A stretch of DNA of 64,000 nt from an uncultured delta proteobacterium (GCA_963816145.1 CAWFJP010000029.1:160001-224000); one strand, 5' to 3'. Counted from the stretch's first letter, positions 38,594 to 49,860 are shown. Made by a program: numbers and translations. The notes: generated by a model from the sequence alone, not told the origin.

Positions 38594-39726
38594 AAAGTCT
38601 TAGACAAACAAATATAATATTGCTGCTGGCTGCCATCTCGCTGCTCGCTGGCTGCGCCGCTGGGCCGGGCGGAAGCGGGCCTAGCGGGCCGTCGCCTCAT
38701 GAAGCATTGATCGCCGCGCAGCGACAGAAGGCCGCAGCATTGGCAGCTCAGGGAAACCTGCGCGCCGCCGCCGACGCCTGGAAAGTTGCGCTGACCATCG
38801 ATCCGCGGGATCCGGTTGCGCTCGAGGAGATCAAGAAGCTCGACGAGCAAATTAAGCAAGCGGTTGCCGATCGTTTGGCCCGGGGCAAAGATGCGCTCAA
38901 GCGTAACGTCCATCTCGAAGCGCGCAATCATTTTCTCGCCGTCCTCGCTTTGGACCCCGGCAATCGCGAAGCCTTCGAAGCATTACAGACCCAAGTGCGC
39001 GAAGTGCGCCAAGTCAATCACACCGTGCGCGCCGGCGAATCGTTGACATCGATCGCGCAGTTTTACTACGGCGATCGCACGCGCTCCGAAGTCATTTGGG
39101 AGACCAATCAATTGCCGCCCAATCCGAAATTGACCCCCGGCCTGGTGTTAAAAATTCCCGAGATTCCCGGCTTGCCGCTGGGCCGACCCGAGCCGGCCGC
39201 GACAGCGAAAACTCCGCCGAGCGGAAGCGCGCCTGCGACAGCTGGCAAAACCGAAGCGGCGGAAGACGAAGATTACGCCAACCCGGCGCTTGCGGCGGCA
39301 CGGGAAGCCCTCGATCGGGGCGAATTCGCCTTGGCTCTGTCCACCGTGGACCGATTTATCGGTCAAAACCCGCGTAACAGCGAAGCGTCGGATCTGCGCC
39401 ACACGGTGTTGTTGCAGCAAGGCCGCACGCTGATGGAACAAAATAAATTGGTGGACGCTTACAGCGCGGCGAACCAACTTGTTAAGTCCTACCCCAAAGA
39501 CTCGGCGGCGACGTCGCTTTTAACCCAGGTGCGCGGACGCTTGGTGCAGCAGCACTACAATCAGGGCATGCAACTCTTCCGCGACGAAAAACTTCCCGCC
39601 GCCATCTCCGAATGGCGCACGGTTTTGCAATACGACCCCGCCCACGACGGCGCCAAGAGAAACATCGATCAAGCGCAACGGTTGCTCAAAGGATTGCAGG
39701 AACGGCAGCAGAAGCAGGGGAAGTAA
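38590..39726 (+). CDS. TPR + LysM lipoprotein
   Basis: LAGC; HTVRAGESLTSIAQFYYG; helical TPR-like repeats; GTGA overlap with the upstream gene. Confidence 0.85.
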   Translation: MKSLRQTNIILLLAAISLLAGCAAGPGGSGPSGPSPHEALIAAQRQKAAALAAQGNLRAAADAWKVALTIDPRDPVALEEIKKLDEQIKQAVADRLARGKDALKRNVHLEARNHFLAVLALDPGNREAFEALQTQVREVRQVNHTVRAGESLTSIAQFYYGDRTRSEVIWETNQLPPNPKLTPGLVLKIPEIPGLPLGRPEPAATAKTPPSGSAPATAGKTEAAEDEDYANPALAAAREALDRGEFALALSTVDRFIGQNPRNSEASDLRHTVLLQQGRTLMEQNKLVDAYSAANQLVKSYPKDSAATSLLTQVRGRLVQQHYNQGMQLFRDEKLPAAISEWRTVLQYDPAHDGAKRNIDQAQRLLKGLQERQQKQGK

Positions 39727-39952
39727 GGCGGAGAAATCGCGTCGCCCACTTATGAATCAAGGAGATTTCAATTGATTTTCCCCGCGACGAATCATGTCGA
39801 ATCTTTACTACTGTAACGCATAAACACGCGAAGCGGTTTTACATGAATCGAGTAGGCGTCTAAATTGTTTCTGCTCTGAACGTATCGGGTATGCTAAGAT
39901 CTCGGTACGGGCTGTAGCCGCGTAAATATTGGAAGAAAGGATAACGGACGAG

Positions 39953-40237
39953 ATGAAAAAGCTTTTTGTGGTCGGATTATTATTTGTGACCGCCGGTTGC
40001 GCAACAGTGCATTCTCCGTATGACCTGCATACGTGGTGCCTGCAGATGGGAAGCACAAGGCTGACATCGATTGGCGCAAAAGCTCACGACCCGGCCAACT
40101 GCGATAAGGAATTAGAAGAAGACCTAGCAGACCGCACTCCCAAGTTTTTATACGTCCCAAGAGACGTAGCCATGTCTCCTGTTCTCGGCGCCAGAGGGCT
40201 GTGGGTCTTGCTCGGTATGACCGAACCACCGTTCTAG
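39953..40237 (+). CDS. Hypothetical lipoprotein
   Basis: MKKLFVVGLLFVTAGC lipobox. Confidence 0.7.
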   Translation: MKKLFVVGLLFVTAGCATVHSPYDLHTWCLQMGSTRLTSIGAKAHDPANCDKELEEDLADRTPKFLYVPRDVAMSPVLGARGLWVLLGMTEPPF

Positions 40238-40398
40238 GTCGACCTCTGTAGTCCGGATGCCGACAATGAGTAATGCTATAGCGGGTCTGCTTGGCCGATA
40301 GCTGAACTTCGCATTAGGTTAAATTGATTTATCAGATCAATCTTAGGTGTCGGTCAATCCGACCGAAATGCCGCAGTCACAGCTTTTCAGTATTTCTG

Positions 40399-40574
40399 CT
40401 ACTACTAGACTGGGATCCCCGAGTCGCTTAATCCATCGCTATTTCCACCGCCATAACCCCCGTTCGATCTTGTTCCAGTCGTCCAGGCCGACGACTTTGT
40501 CGCGGTCTTTGAACGTTGTCAGATTGGCGTCGAGGGATTCCGTCGTGCCGTCGCGTTTGAGGGTGCGCAGCGCG
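40399..40574 (-). pseudogene. Diverged copy of the 3' end and downstream flank of the prpB-like gene
   Basis: Aligns by eye to 45956-46132. Confidence 0.85.
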
Positions 40575-40914
40575 CAAGGCGCCCATCTCTGTCTTGGGGG
40601 GTGCACCGGTATGGACCTAAACCGATTCTAACCAAGTTCCCGCTACCCAAGCGATATCGATGGGCTGGTACTCTGAAGCACCAATTCGGAATTGAGGCGA
40701 GATTTAATGCACAATCAAACGCGACTGGAAATTGCATCGAGCTCACCTGTTTATGTCTGCGACCGTAGGATGCATCGCGATTTCGACTAACAGCTCGCGC
40801 TGTCTGGAATAGGCCGTGGAATTCCTCCGCTACAGCGTTGACCCTCGAAGGTTGATAAAATAGAGTGATGTCCATTGAACGATTCGATCCAATATAGACT
40901 CTAAGGGAGTATCA

Positions 40915-41526
40915 ATGACAGTTCACAAAAAGTTGGGCATCCAGCCAACCTCACGATTGGCCGTTGCATTAATCGGTTCTCGGACATGGTTGAACGAATG
41001 GCCAACCGCTCAAGCAGGCCTTGTCGGAACTCTCATTTTTCTTCTTGCCGGCTGCTCGTCAGGCCCGACGACGATTCCTTTTCTGAACAATTCCCATCGG
41101 CAGATTTACAGCCTCAACGAAGAAGACCTAAAAAAAATCCAATTCTATGTATCGACGGACATTGTGGCTCAAATTCAAGACCCTATGGCAGCACAGTCCT
41201 TCGAGGTACCGAGGTTGACGTCTGGTGTTGTAACGGCTGCAGGCCCGAATTGGATTAAAGTGAGTTTTAGGAAGGGTGGTGCTGACGTTCCCTTTGTCGC
41301 GGACCCAAACGTGAAAGACAGCCGGTATTGGATTGCCAGCGAGGTCGATGGAGGCAGGGATTTCAAGAGAGTTACAGAGGTTCCTGGAATGGTTTTTATC
41401 TACAAGGGCACTCCGCTTACACTGGTTTCCGGCGCCGATGCCTTGCTGCTCATTGACTGGGAGAGCTGGAAAGAAGTCGTCGAAACACGCAAAGTGACTG
41501 AGGGTCGACGAGTGGGTGACAAGTAG
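40915..41526 (+). CDS. Hypothetical lipoprotein
   Basis: LLAGC lipobox; RBS aagggag; lower GC than the core genes. Confidence 0.7.
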   Translation: MTVHKKLGIQPTSRLAVALIGSRTWLNEWPTAQAGLVGTLIFLLAGCSSGPTTIPFLNNSHRQIYSLNEEDLKKIQFYVSTDIVAQIQDPMAAQSFEVPRLTSGVVTAAGPNWIKVSFRKGGADVPFVADPNVKDSRYWIASEVDGGRDFKRVTEVPGMVFIYKGTPLTLVSGADALLLIDWESWKEVVETRKVTEGRRVGDK

Positions 41527-41679
41527 TTCTCTATTTCATTTTTTTGTATCAACTACCGCGCAAAATTCCGCAGAAACATTCGAGTTTCGAGGTGTACCCT
41601 CTCGTTGTAATCGCTGTATTTTGATGGTTTGGCCGCAGAACAACCGTGGCCGGTGTTGCCTTGCCTTAACGAAGATCCG

Positions 41680-42150
41680 AAAGAGGAGCGATACGCTAAC
41701 CCGGCGTTGGCCGCGGCGCGCGAGCGCTCGAACGGGGCGAATTCGCTTTGGCGCTATCGACCGTCGATCGATTTCTCGGTCAAAACCCGCGTAACAGCGA
41801 AGCGTCGAATTTGCGCCGCACGGTATATTTGCCGCAAGACCGCACCCTGATGGAGCAGAATAAACTGCTGGATGCCGACAATGCAACTAACCAACTTGTT
41901 AAATCTAACCCCAGAGACTCGGCAGCGACGTCGTTGTTAATCCAGGTGCGCGGTCGCCTCGTGTAGCGGCACTACAATCAGGGCATGCAACTCTTCCGCG
42001 ACGAAAAACTCCCCGCCGCTATCTCCGAGCGGCGCACCGTCTTGCAATATGAACCCTCTCACGACGGGGCCAAACGAAACATCGAACAAGCTCAATGGTG
42101 GCTCAAAGGTATCCAGGAGCCGCGGCAAAAGCAGGGCATGTAGGGCGGAG
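41680..42150 (+). pseudogene. Diverged, disrupted copy of the 3' part of the TPR/LysM gene
   Basis: Aligns to ~39262-39733; frameshift near 41724, internal TAG 41964-41966. Confidence 0.9.
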
Positions 42151-42592
42151 GCGGCTTGTGGCCTGGTTGTTAGTCCAGGAAATTTGGAGCGATTGGCGCG
42201 AGCCGATTTATCTTGGCTGTTGACGCATGTACTCCGGCGAAAACATGCGAGCCAAATTTTATTGACGCGCTTTACAGGCCACTCCTTAGGCGATGTTGAG
42301 CATTCGCACATCGCAACTTGTGAAGGGAATCGTTACTCTAGAGCCGTCTAACCACCGATCGTTCGTTCCCTTGTTATCATCGAAATCCGAATTCTACCAA
42401 ATCATCGGCATCAATTGCCAAGTCCCATTTCTTACCGAAATTGTCTTTAAGTTCCGTCAAGTTAACAGAACACAAACTTCGTGATTACCAGCCTTGTCCT
42501 CAACTTGACACAAGCCTGTTAGCGCGATTATGACATGGCTGGACGAAAGGGAGCGACTTAAATTCCCGTGAGTGACCCCTAAGGGAAGCAGT

Positions 42593-44557
42593 ATGAAACC
42601 ACCTCCTGAACAAGAAGCTATACGGGCCAAGTGTTTTCATCCCTCGGGGACGTTTGTCGAGTTCTCGAGTGAAGATGTCGAGCAGTCCATACCTGCCCGG
42701 TTTGAAACAATTGCCCGTCGATATGCAAATCGCATTGCTGTCCAATCAGACAACCAAGCAATTACATATGCCGAACTTAATAAAGCAGCGAATAGGCTGA
42801 CTCGATCGATTCTGAGCAAACAGAGGCGATTATCAGCGCCCATTGCCGTTTTGGTAGACAAGGGGTTTTCGTCAGTAGTCGCAATATTGGCAGCTTTGAA
42901 AACCGGCAGACCCGTGGTGCTCTTGGACCCTTTATTTCCGAAGGTGAGGACGGCAACCATACTGGCAGATTCTGAAGCGGCACTTTTACTGGTTGATAGA
43001 GAGAATAGCGCTTTAGCAGACGAATTAGTCGGCGATGTTTGCGAGATGTTTATCACGGACACCGTTACGCCTGATGCCTCATCGGAAAACTTAAACGTCC
43101 TCCTTGGGTCACAGGATTTCGCCTTCATCCTTTACACTTCGGGATCCACCGGACAACCCAAGGGTGTAACTCAGAGCCATCGTAATATCCTTCACAACGT
43201 AATGATACGCATGAGCGTATATCATGTATCCGAGCATGACAGAATTAGCTTGCTAGCGTCCGGTACGTCAAATTCTCTAATAAACATGTTTTTGGCAATT
43301 CTAAACGGTGCGACCTTGCTACCCTTTGACGTTATGAAAGACGGTGTGGGTCGACTGGCCAGCTGGTTATCAAGTGAAAGAATTTCTATCTGTCTTATCA
43401 GTGGCCCTTTATTTCGGGCCTTGTGCGAAACTCTTTCTGATGAGCAGATGTTTCCGGATCTCCGGGCACTCAGGCTCACCAGCGAGGCTGTTTATCCGAG
43501 GGATGTCGCACTTTACAAAAAGCACTTTTCCAAGCAGTGCATTTTCGTGAGCGGACTTTCGACGAGCGAAACCGGGCCGCTAAGAAAATTTTTGATCAGT
43601 CATGAAACCGAATTCGCGGGTACCGAGGTGCCGGTCGGCTATCCGGTTAAGGATAAAGAAATATTGATTCTAGATGAAGAAGGAACAGCCGTTGGCTTCG
43701 ACGCCATTGGTGAAATCGTTGTCCGAAGCTGCTACCTTTCTCCCGGTTATTGGAAACGCCCTGATTTAAACGCGACAAAGTTCAAGTTCGAGCCATCTGG
43801 GGCCAAGGCGCGTCTCTATTATACCGGAGATATGGGAATTATTCGCCGTGACGGTTGTCTCATTCATAAGGGGCGAAAGGATTTTCGCGTCAAAGTTCGT
43901 GGCTATGGCGTCGAAACCGCGGAAGTTGAGAAGGTACTATCCAGCCATCCTGCGATTCGGGAATGCTACGTTATCCCTCAAACATCCGGTGCCGGCGAAC
44001 TTCGGCTGGTCGCGTACTTTGCGACTGGCAGTAGCTCGGTTCCCAGCACGACCGATTTGCGGGCGTTTCTTAAAGCGACGTTAGCTGAATACATGATTCC
44101 GTCTGCTTTTGTGCCACTCGACGCGATTCCGCTAACCGCTGCGGGGAAACTGGACCGGGCGGCACTCCCCCCGGTGCTACCGTCACGCCCCGCGATAAAT
44201 ACAGCCTTCGTTGCGCCGCGATGGTCAACCGAGGAGAGGCTGGCTACGATTTGGAGCGAGATACTGGGAATTGATCAGATCGGAGTCCATGACGATTTCT
44301 TCGACTTGGGCGGGCATTCTCTGGCTGCAACCCGAATCGTCGTTCAGGTCATCAAAGTGTTTCAGGTAAACGTTCCTATCAACGCTCTATTTGATGCGCC
44401 CACCATTGCAGAGATGGCTGCGATCATCACGGCGAACCAAACCAAGCGGGCAAGCGACGCCGAGGTAGCTCAGATGTTTCGCGAGATAGAGGCGATGACG
44501 GAGGAGGAAGCTCAGCGGTTTTTGCGCGAAAGCAATTCGACCATCGCGTCAAAATAG
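42593..44557 (+). CDS. Stand-alone NRPS-like adenylation + carrier (A-PCP) protein
   Basis: YTSGSTGQPKG, STSETG, YYTGD, GRKD.RVKVRG, GKLDR, FFDLGGHSL. Confidence 0.92.
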   Translation: MKPPPEQEAIRAKCFHPSGTFVEFSSEDVEQSIPARFETIARRYANRIAVQSDNQAITYAELNKAANRLTRSILSKQRRLSAPIAVLVDKGFSSVVAILAALKTGRPVVLLDPLFPKVRTATILADSEAALLLVDRENSALADELVGDVCEMFITDTVTPDASSENLNVLLGSQDFAFILYTSGSTGQPKGVTQSHRNILHNVMIRMSVYHVSEHDRISLLASGTSNSLINMFLAILNGATLLPFDVMKDGVGRLASWLSSERISICLISGPLFRALCETLSDEQMFPDLRALRLTSEAVYPRDVALYKKHFSKQCIFVSGLSTSETGPLRKFLISHETEFAGTEVPVGYPVKDKEILILDEEGTAVGFDAIGEIVVRSCYLSPGYWKRPDLNATKFKFEPSGAKARLYYTGDMGIIRRDGCLIHKGRKDFRVKVRGYGVETAEVEKVLSSHPAIRECYVIPQTSGAGELRLVAYFATGSSSVPSTTDLRAFLKATLAEYMIPSAFVPLDAIPLTAAGKLDRAALPPVLPSRPAINTAFVAPRWSTEERLATIWSEILGIDQIGVHDDFFDLGGHSLAATRIVVQVIKVFQVNVPINALFDAPTIAEMAAIITANQTKRASDAEVAQMFREIEAMTEEEAQRFLRESNSTIASK

Positions 44558-44881
44558 TTTTATTTCCTTAGCCGTTTGTCGTTGCACGATCCTCTGAGAG
44601 AACGGACGAAAAGCCGCGCCACAAATAAAACTGAATCGGCACCGGTTATTAGTGTCCCCCATCGGCAGGCTGAGATTGAACTGTTTTCTCCATCCTACCC
44701 AATCCTGTGAGATTTACCAGCAGCCTTTAGTTAAACGCTGAACTACGCCAATCTATTTGACAAGCTGATTACCTAGTGGAAACATTCTTGAGACATGCGA
44801 TTGTCGTATCGATCGCGGAAATATTCGCTTCATATGTTTTGGTCAGATACGGGCACAAATTCATTAGGGTGGCTGTCAGTG

Positions 44882-45406
44882 ATGAGTAAAATACAAACCG
44901 TCTTCGGGTCTCTGAGTATATTCGTTATGGGTGTGGCGATTGGAGGCTATGCATTCTCGCAAACGCAGTCCCGATCCCTTTTGTCAATAAACCAATGCCA
45001 GGATTGTTTTAGTCCTAAAGATCTTGCTGGGCTTATTGCTTCTGTTGGTATCAATAAGTTTTCTGGTTTGATACCCGACGTAGTGTTCGAAACCGACAAA
45101 ACGGTCGTTATTAAGAATCCATTCCGAGTTCAGCACGGTGACTTTGCGAAGGGATCGATTGATTACGTCATCTTTCCAAAGAAAGACATTAGGAACATCG
45201 GTGAAATTTCAGTGGCGGATGCTCCGTATATATTCGACGCCATCCTGACGGCACGACACATTATCGAGGAAAACAAGTTAATCAATTATGAGTTGCTTAC
45301 AAACGGGCCGGGGTTTCAGGATGTTAGTTATTTGCATTTTCACTTGCTACTAAGGACGCCCAGGCGGCAGGGAGTGAAACCAAGAAATAGCATGTCGGTA
45401 CCCTAG
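44882..45406 (+). CDS. HIT-like protein with an N-terminal signal/TM segment
   Basis: VIFPKKDI, TNGPGFQDVSYLHFHLL. Confidence 0.75.
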   Translation: MSKIQTVFGSLSIFVMGVAIGGYAFSQTQSRSLLSINQCQDCFSPKDLAGLIASVGINKFSGLIPDVVFETDKTVVIKNPFRVQHGDFAKGSIDYVIFPKKDIRNIGEISVADAPYIFDAILTARHIIEENKLINYELLTNGPGFQDVSYLHFHLLLRTPRRQGVKPRNSMSVP

Positions 45407-45866
45407 AGTGATTTATCGCCTAGGCGCGTGTAACTTTTCAGTAGTGTCGTTATAGTTTGTTGATCCGTCCATGGATAATAATTTGGCAGCACCTTAAAAA
45501 AGTGATCGCAAAAGTTCTCTTGCTGGCTCATTGTCAAAGCCCACTAGTTTTCGACGGCTCTTCGATTCCCACGCATGTTCGTGGCGATGACATTGAACTG
45601 TATTCTCCATCGGTCAAATCCCGAGAGATTCGCGTTAGGCGCTGGTCAATCCAACCGATATTCTGTGTCAGTCGCAGCTTTCCTCGATGAGCTGGTCCGT
45701 CGGGGAGGAGACTATCAAATCAAGAATTTCTCGTTCAGTTGCGAGACTCCGGGCCGCAGCAACACATTCATTCGATTGCGGTTATTTCCAAGTGACGGCG
45801 TGAAGATTAACCCGTCGCAGATGGCTTGTTCAGCTATTCTGTCGGGATAGTTACCGAGCGCGGGAA

Positions 45867-45893
45867 AGATTTCTCGCTGCGCTCGAAATGACA
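45867..45893 (-). repeat. TGTC-type REP singlet
   Basis: agatttctcgctgcgctcgaaatgaca. Confidence 0.75.
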
Positions 45894-45984
45894 GTTGCGG
45901 CGAGAAGCTTGCGAGATCAGAGAGAACTGCCGTGATGCGGATTCGTCGACTCCTATTACTACTACACTGGAATCCTCTGATCGC

Positions 45985-46866
45985 TTAATCCTTCACCATT
46001 TCTACCGCCATAAATTCCCGTTCGATCTTGTTCCAGTCGTCCAGACCGACGACCTTGTCGCGGTCTTTGAACGTTGTCAGAGTGGCGTCGATGGATTCCG
46101 TCGTGCCTTCGCGTTTGAGCGTGCTCAGCGCGGTGCGCATGGCGTGGATGGCGGCACGTTGGGTTTCCGATGGGTAGATGGCGATGCGGTAACCCATTTT
46201 TTCCAAGCGGTTCTTCGGCAGCATCGGCGTTTTGCCGCCTTTAAAGACATTGACCAGCAGCGGAATATTGGGCACACGCCGGGGGATTTCCGCCAGTTCT
46301 TCTTCGGACTGCGGCGCTTCGAGAAAGATGGCGTCGACACCCAACTTGGCGAAGGCGTTGGCGCGTTTGACCGCGTCGTCGAAGCCGTTGACGCCGCGGG
46401 CGTCGGTACGGGCAATGATGCAGAAATCGGGGTCGGTGCGTGCCGCCAGCGCGGCTTTGAGTTTCAATTCCATCTCCGCCTGGGAAATCACTTCCTTGCC
46501 GTCCAAATGGCCGCAGCGTTTGGGCGTGATCTGGTCTTCGATATGGATCGCGGCGACCCCGGCGCGCTCGAACTCGCGTACGCTGCGCACCAAGTTTACA
46601 GCGTTGCCGTAGCCGGTGTCGGCGTCGGCGATGATCGGAATGTTGATCGCCGACACGACTTGGACAGCGCGCTCGATAGATTCCGACATCGTCACTAGGC
46701 CGATGTCGGGAATGCCCATGCTGCGCGCCACCGCGCCGCCGCTCAGGTAAGCGGTCTCGAAACCGGCTTCTTGGACCAGCCGGGCGGACAGACCGTCGAA
46801 GCACCCGGGGGCGACCAGAAGTTGGTTGCGCTTGAGTAGTTGTTTGAGAGTTTGACGTGGGGTCAT
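45985..46866 (-). CDS. prpB: Isocitrate lyase/PEP mutase family; probable 2-methylisocitrate lyase by context
   Basis: DADTGYG, HIEDQ..PKRCGH, IARTDA; follows prpC-prpD. Confidence 0.75.
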   Translation of the reverse strand: MTPRQTLKQLLKRNQLLVAPGCFDGLSARLVQEAGFETAYLSGGAVARSMGIPDIGLVTMSESIERAVQVVSAINIPIIADADTGYGNAVNLVRSVREFERAGVAAIHIEDQITPKRCGHLDGKEVISQAEMELKLKAALAARTDPDFCIIARTDARGVNGFDDAVKRANAFAKLGVDAIFLEAPQSEEELAEIPRRVPNIPLLVNVFKGGKTPMLPKNRLEKMGYRIAIYPSETQRAAIHAMRTALSTLKREGTTESIDATLTTFKDRDKVVGLDDWNKIEREFMAVEMVKD

Positions 46867-46886
46867 GGGTTATCTCCGTTGATGGG

Positions 46887-46956
46887 CGTCTAACGTCTAG
46901 GCTCTGGCGTCGAGGATTTCCGGACGACGCTAGACCTTAGACGGCAAACTCTAGAC
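46887..46956. repeat. Tandem-inverted repeat, GTCTAG-type units
   Basis: cgtctaacgtctaggctctgg ... gctagaccttagacggcaaactctagac. Confidence 0.6.
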
Positions 46957-48389
46957 TATTTGAGCACAAACATATCGGTAAATTTATCCGCCGGTGTGGA
47001 GTCGAGGCGGTTCCGGTCGTTGCACAAATTCATGATCTCGGCGCACTGCGCGGGGTTGAAGCGAGACGCCAGATTGGCCTCGAACTTCTGCACCAGCAGC
47101 GGCATGCCTTCGGCACGGCGGCGTCGGTGGCCGATGGGATATTCGACGGCGACATTGGCGGTGCTCGTGCCGTCTTTGAAAAATATTTGCACGGCATTGG
47201 CGATGGAGCGCTTGTCGGCGTCCAAATATTCTTGTGTGTAGCGCGGATCTTCGACGCAGGTCATTTTATTGCGTAGAGCGTCAATTCTCGGATCTTTGGC
47301 AACCTTGTCTTCGTAATGATCGGCGGTGAGTTCGCCGAAGATCAGGCCGATGGCGGTCATGTACTGAATGCAATGATCGCGGTCGGCGGGGTTGTGCAGC
47401 GGGCCGAACTTGTCGATGATGCGGATCGCCGATTCCTGGGTGGTAATGACGACCTTGTCGATTTCATTCAAGCGATTTTTGACCTGCTCGTGCAGCTGCA
47501 CCGCGCACTCGACGGCGGTCTGGGCGTGGAACTCCGCCGGGAATGAGATCTTGAACAGCACGTTCTCCATTACATACGAGCCGAGCCGCCGGCCCATGGT
47601 GAACGGCTTGCCCTTGAACAGGACATCGTAGTAGCCCCAGGTCTTGGCCGAGAGCACCGACGGGTAACCCATCTCGCCTTGCAGCGCCATCAGAGCCAAA
47701 CGCACGCCTCGGCTGGTGGCATCGCCGGCAGCCCAGGATTTTCGTGGTCCGGTGTTGGGCGCGTGGCGGTAGACTCGCAACGCACCGCCGTCCGTCCAGG
47801 CGTTCGATAGCGCGCTGATGATTTGCGCGCCCGTGCCGCCGAGCATTGCGGTCGCTACCGCAGTAGTGGCGACACGAACGAGCAGGACATGATCGAGACC
47901 GACGCGGTTGTAGCTGTTTTCAAGCGCCAGAATGCCTTGGATCTCGTGCGCCTTGATCATTGCCTGCAAAACATCGCCGACGGTGAATGATTTCTGCTTG
48001 GTGCGCGTGAGATAGTCGGCGAGCGCGAGGATGCCGCCCAAATTATCCGATGGATGGCCCCACTCGGCAGCAAGCCAGGTATCGTTGTAGTCGAGCCAGC
48101 GGATCATTGTGCCGATGTTGAAGGCCGCCTGCACCGGCTCCAATTGCCAATCGGTGCCCGGCACGCGAGATCCGCTGATCAAGATCGCGCCGGGCACGAC
48201 CGGACCCAAGAGCTTGGTGCATTCGGGAAAGCGCAGAGCCAACAGGCCGCAGCCCAGGGTGTCGATCAGGTTGTAGCGTGCGGTGTCGATGGCCTCACGG
48301 CTAGCGCAGACGTAGCTCGCGGCATAGTCGGCCAATTCTACTAAAAGTTTATCCGGCTCTGGGCGGATGTTGGATACAGTGGTGCTCAT
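46956..48389 (-). CDS. prpD: 2-methylcitrate dehydratase
   Basis: [56 protein letters not shown]. Confidence 0.96.
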   Translation of the reverse strand: MSTTVSNIRPEPDKLLVELADYAASYVCASREAIDTARYNLIDTLGCGLLALRFPECTKLLGPVVPGAILISGSRVPGTDWQLEPVQAAFNIGTMIRWLDYNDTWLAAEWGHPSDNLGGILALADYLTRTKQKSFTVGDVLQAMIKAHEIQGILALENSYNRVGLDHVLLVRVATTAVATAMLGGTGAQIISALSNAWTDGGALRVYRHAPNTGPRKSWAAGDATSRGVRLALMALQGEMGYPSVLSAKTWGYYDVLFKGKPFTMGRRLGSYVMENVLFKISFPAEFHAQTAVECAVQLHEQVKNRLNEIDKVVITTQESAIRIIDKFGPLHNPADRDHCIQYMTAIGLIFGELTADHYEDKVAKDPRIDALRNKMTCVEDPRYTQEYLDADKRSIANAVQIFFKDGTSTANVAVEYPIGHRRRRAEGMPLLVQKFEANLASRFNPAQCAEIMNLCNDRNRLDSTPADKFTDMFVLK

Positions 48390-48403
48390 TTCATCGGGTT
48401 GTC

Positions 48404-48484
48404 TCACCACGAAGGCACGAAGGACACGAAGGTTTCGGAAATATTGTTATTCCGAACTTCGTGATCTTCGTGTCCTTCGTGGTG
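48404..48484. repeat. Tandem-inverted repeat, CACGAAG family (inside the operon)
   Basis: Three CACGAAG plus three CTTCGTG units. Confidence 0.9.
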
Positions 48485-48505
48485 GATACTCCTTGTCATT
48501 CTATT

Positions 48506-49624
48506 CTAACGCTTGTCCACCGGTACAAACGGCCGGGGTTCGGGGCCGATGTAGTCGGCGTTGGGGCGGATGAGTCGGTTGTCGGCGCGTTGCTCGAAAA
48601 TATGCGCGGCCCAGCCGGTGATGCGCGAAACCACGAAGAGCGGCGTAAACATCGCCGTCGGAATGCCGCACAAGCGATAGGCGCTGGCGCTATAGAAATC
48701 CAGATTGGGAAACATCTTTTTTTCGCGCCGCATGACCTGTTCGATGCGCTCCGAGACCGTGTAGAGCGTCATGTCGCCGTTGGCTTCGGCGAGCTTTTTC
48801 GACCAGGTCTTTATCACGTCCGAGCGCGGATCGGCATGCTTATAAACGCGATGACCAAAGCCCATGATTAACTTCTTCGCCGCGAGCATTTGCATCATGC
48901 CTTTTTCGGCTTCGTCCGGCGACGAGAACCGCTCGATTAACTCCATGGCTGCTTCGTTGGCGCCGCCGTGAAGCGGGCCGCGCAGAGCGCCGATGCCGCC
49001 GGTGATGGCAGAGTAGAAGTCGGCCAATGTCGCGGTGATAGTGCGGGTAGTGAAAGTCGACGCGTTGAACTCATGTTCGGCGTAGAGAATCAGTGATGCG
49101 TCGATGGCGCGGCGATGCAGATCGTCCGGTTTCTTGCCAAGGAGCAGATGGAGAAAGTAGCCGGCGGTGTCGTCGTCATCGGTCTCAGTGACGATGCGTT
49201 TGCCGCCGGTGACGAAGTGGTGCCAATACAGCAGCATGCCGCTGAAGCAGGCAGTGAGCCGGTTGGCCACCGCGATTTGGGTCCGGCCGGAATTCTCCGG
49301 TTCCAACGTGCCGAGCATGGAGCAGCCTGTGCGCAGGACGTCCATCGGATGTGTGCTCGCTGGTATGCGTTCAAGCACTTCCTTCAACGTCGGATGCAAC
49401 CCGCGCAAATTGCGCAGCCGGGCTTTGTAATCTTCCAGTTCTTCTTTGCTGGGCAAGCGGCCGTAGAGTAGCAAGTAAGCGACATCTTCGAATGTCGAAT
49501 GGGATGCCAAGTCTTCAATCGAGTAGCCGCGGTAGGTGAGGCCGACGCCTTCTTTGCCGACTGTCGAGATCGATGTTGCGCCGGCGATAACGCCTTCGAG
49601 GCCACCAGTTTTTTTCTCTGCCAT
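48506..49624 (-). CDS. prpC: 2-methylcitrate synthase
   Basis: [38 protein letters not shown]. Confidence 0.92.
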   Translation of the reverse strand: MAEKKTGGLEGVIAGATSISTVGKEGVGLTYRGYSIEDLASHSTFEDVAYLLLYGRLPSKEELEDYKARLRNLRGLHPTLKEVLERIPASTHPMDVLRTGCSMLGTLEPENSGRTQIAVANRLTACFSGMLLYWHHFVTGGKRIVTETDDDDTAGYFLHLLLGKKPDDLHRRAIDASLILYAEHEFNASTFTTRTITATLADFYSAITGGIGALRGPLHGGANEAAMELIERFSSPDEAEKGMMQMLAAKKLIMGFGHRVYKHADPRSDVIKTWSKKLAEANGDMTLYTVSERIEQVMRREKKMFPNLDFYSASAYRLCGIPTAMFTPLFVVSRITGWAAHIFEQRADNRLIRPNADYIGPEPRPFVPVDKR

Positions 49625-49696
49625 GAATCGTTCCTCCCTGTTGACAATGCTACGAATCCCATAGCCAAATCAAGCGGGAGGCGTGATCCAATCCGA

Positions 49697-49759
49697 CTTT
49701 GAACCTTGAACTTTTGAACGCAAAAATTGGCTTAAGGTTCCGGGTTCAAAAGTTCAAGG
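49697..49759. repeat. Tandem-inverted repeat, TTGAAC units
   Basis: ctttgaaccttgaacttttgaac ... ggttccgggttcaaaagttcaagg. Confidence 0.7.
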
Positions 49760-49860
49760 CCGGATCCGCAGGCAGCTGCTTTGCTGACGCCTCTTGACAG
49801 TTTGCCGGTGGATTGGATACCGCTGGTGTAATCATTTTTGTAAGGAGCGCAAATTAATCG

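Noticed and set aside
41680-42150. TPR-gene 3' copy as a DGR template repeat
   Set aside because: Differences are not adenine-specific, many are synonymous, and no reverse transcriptase is present.
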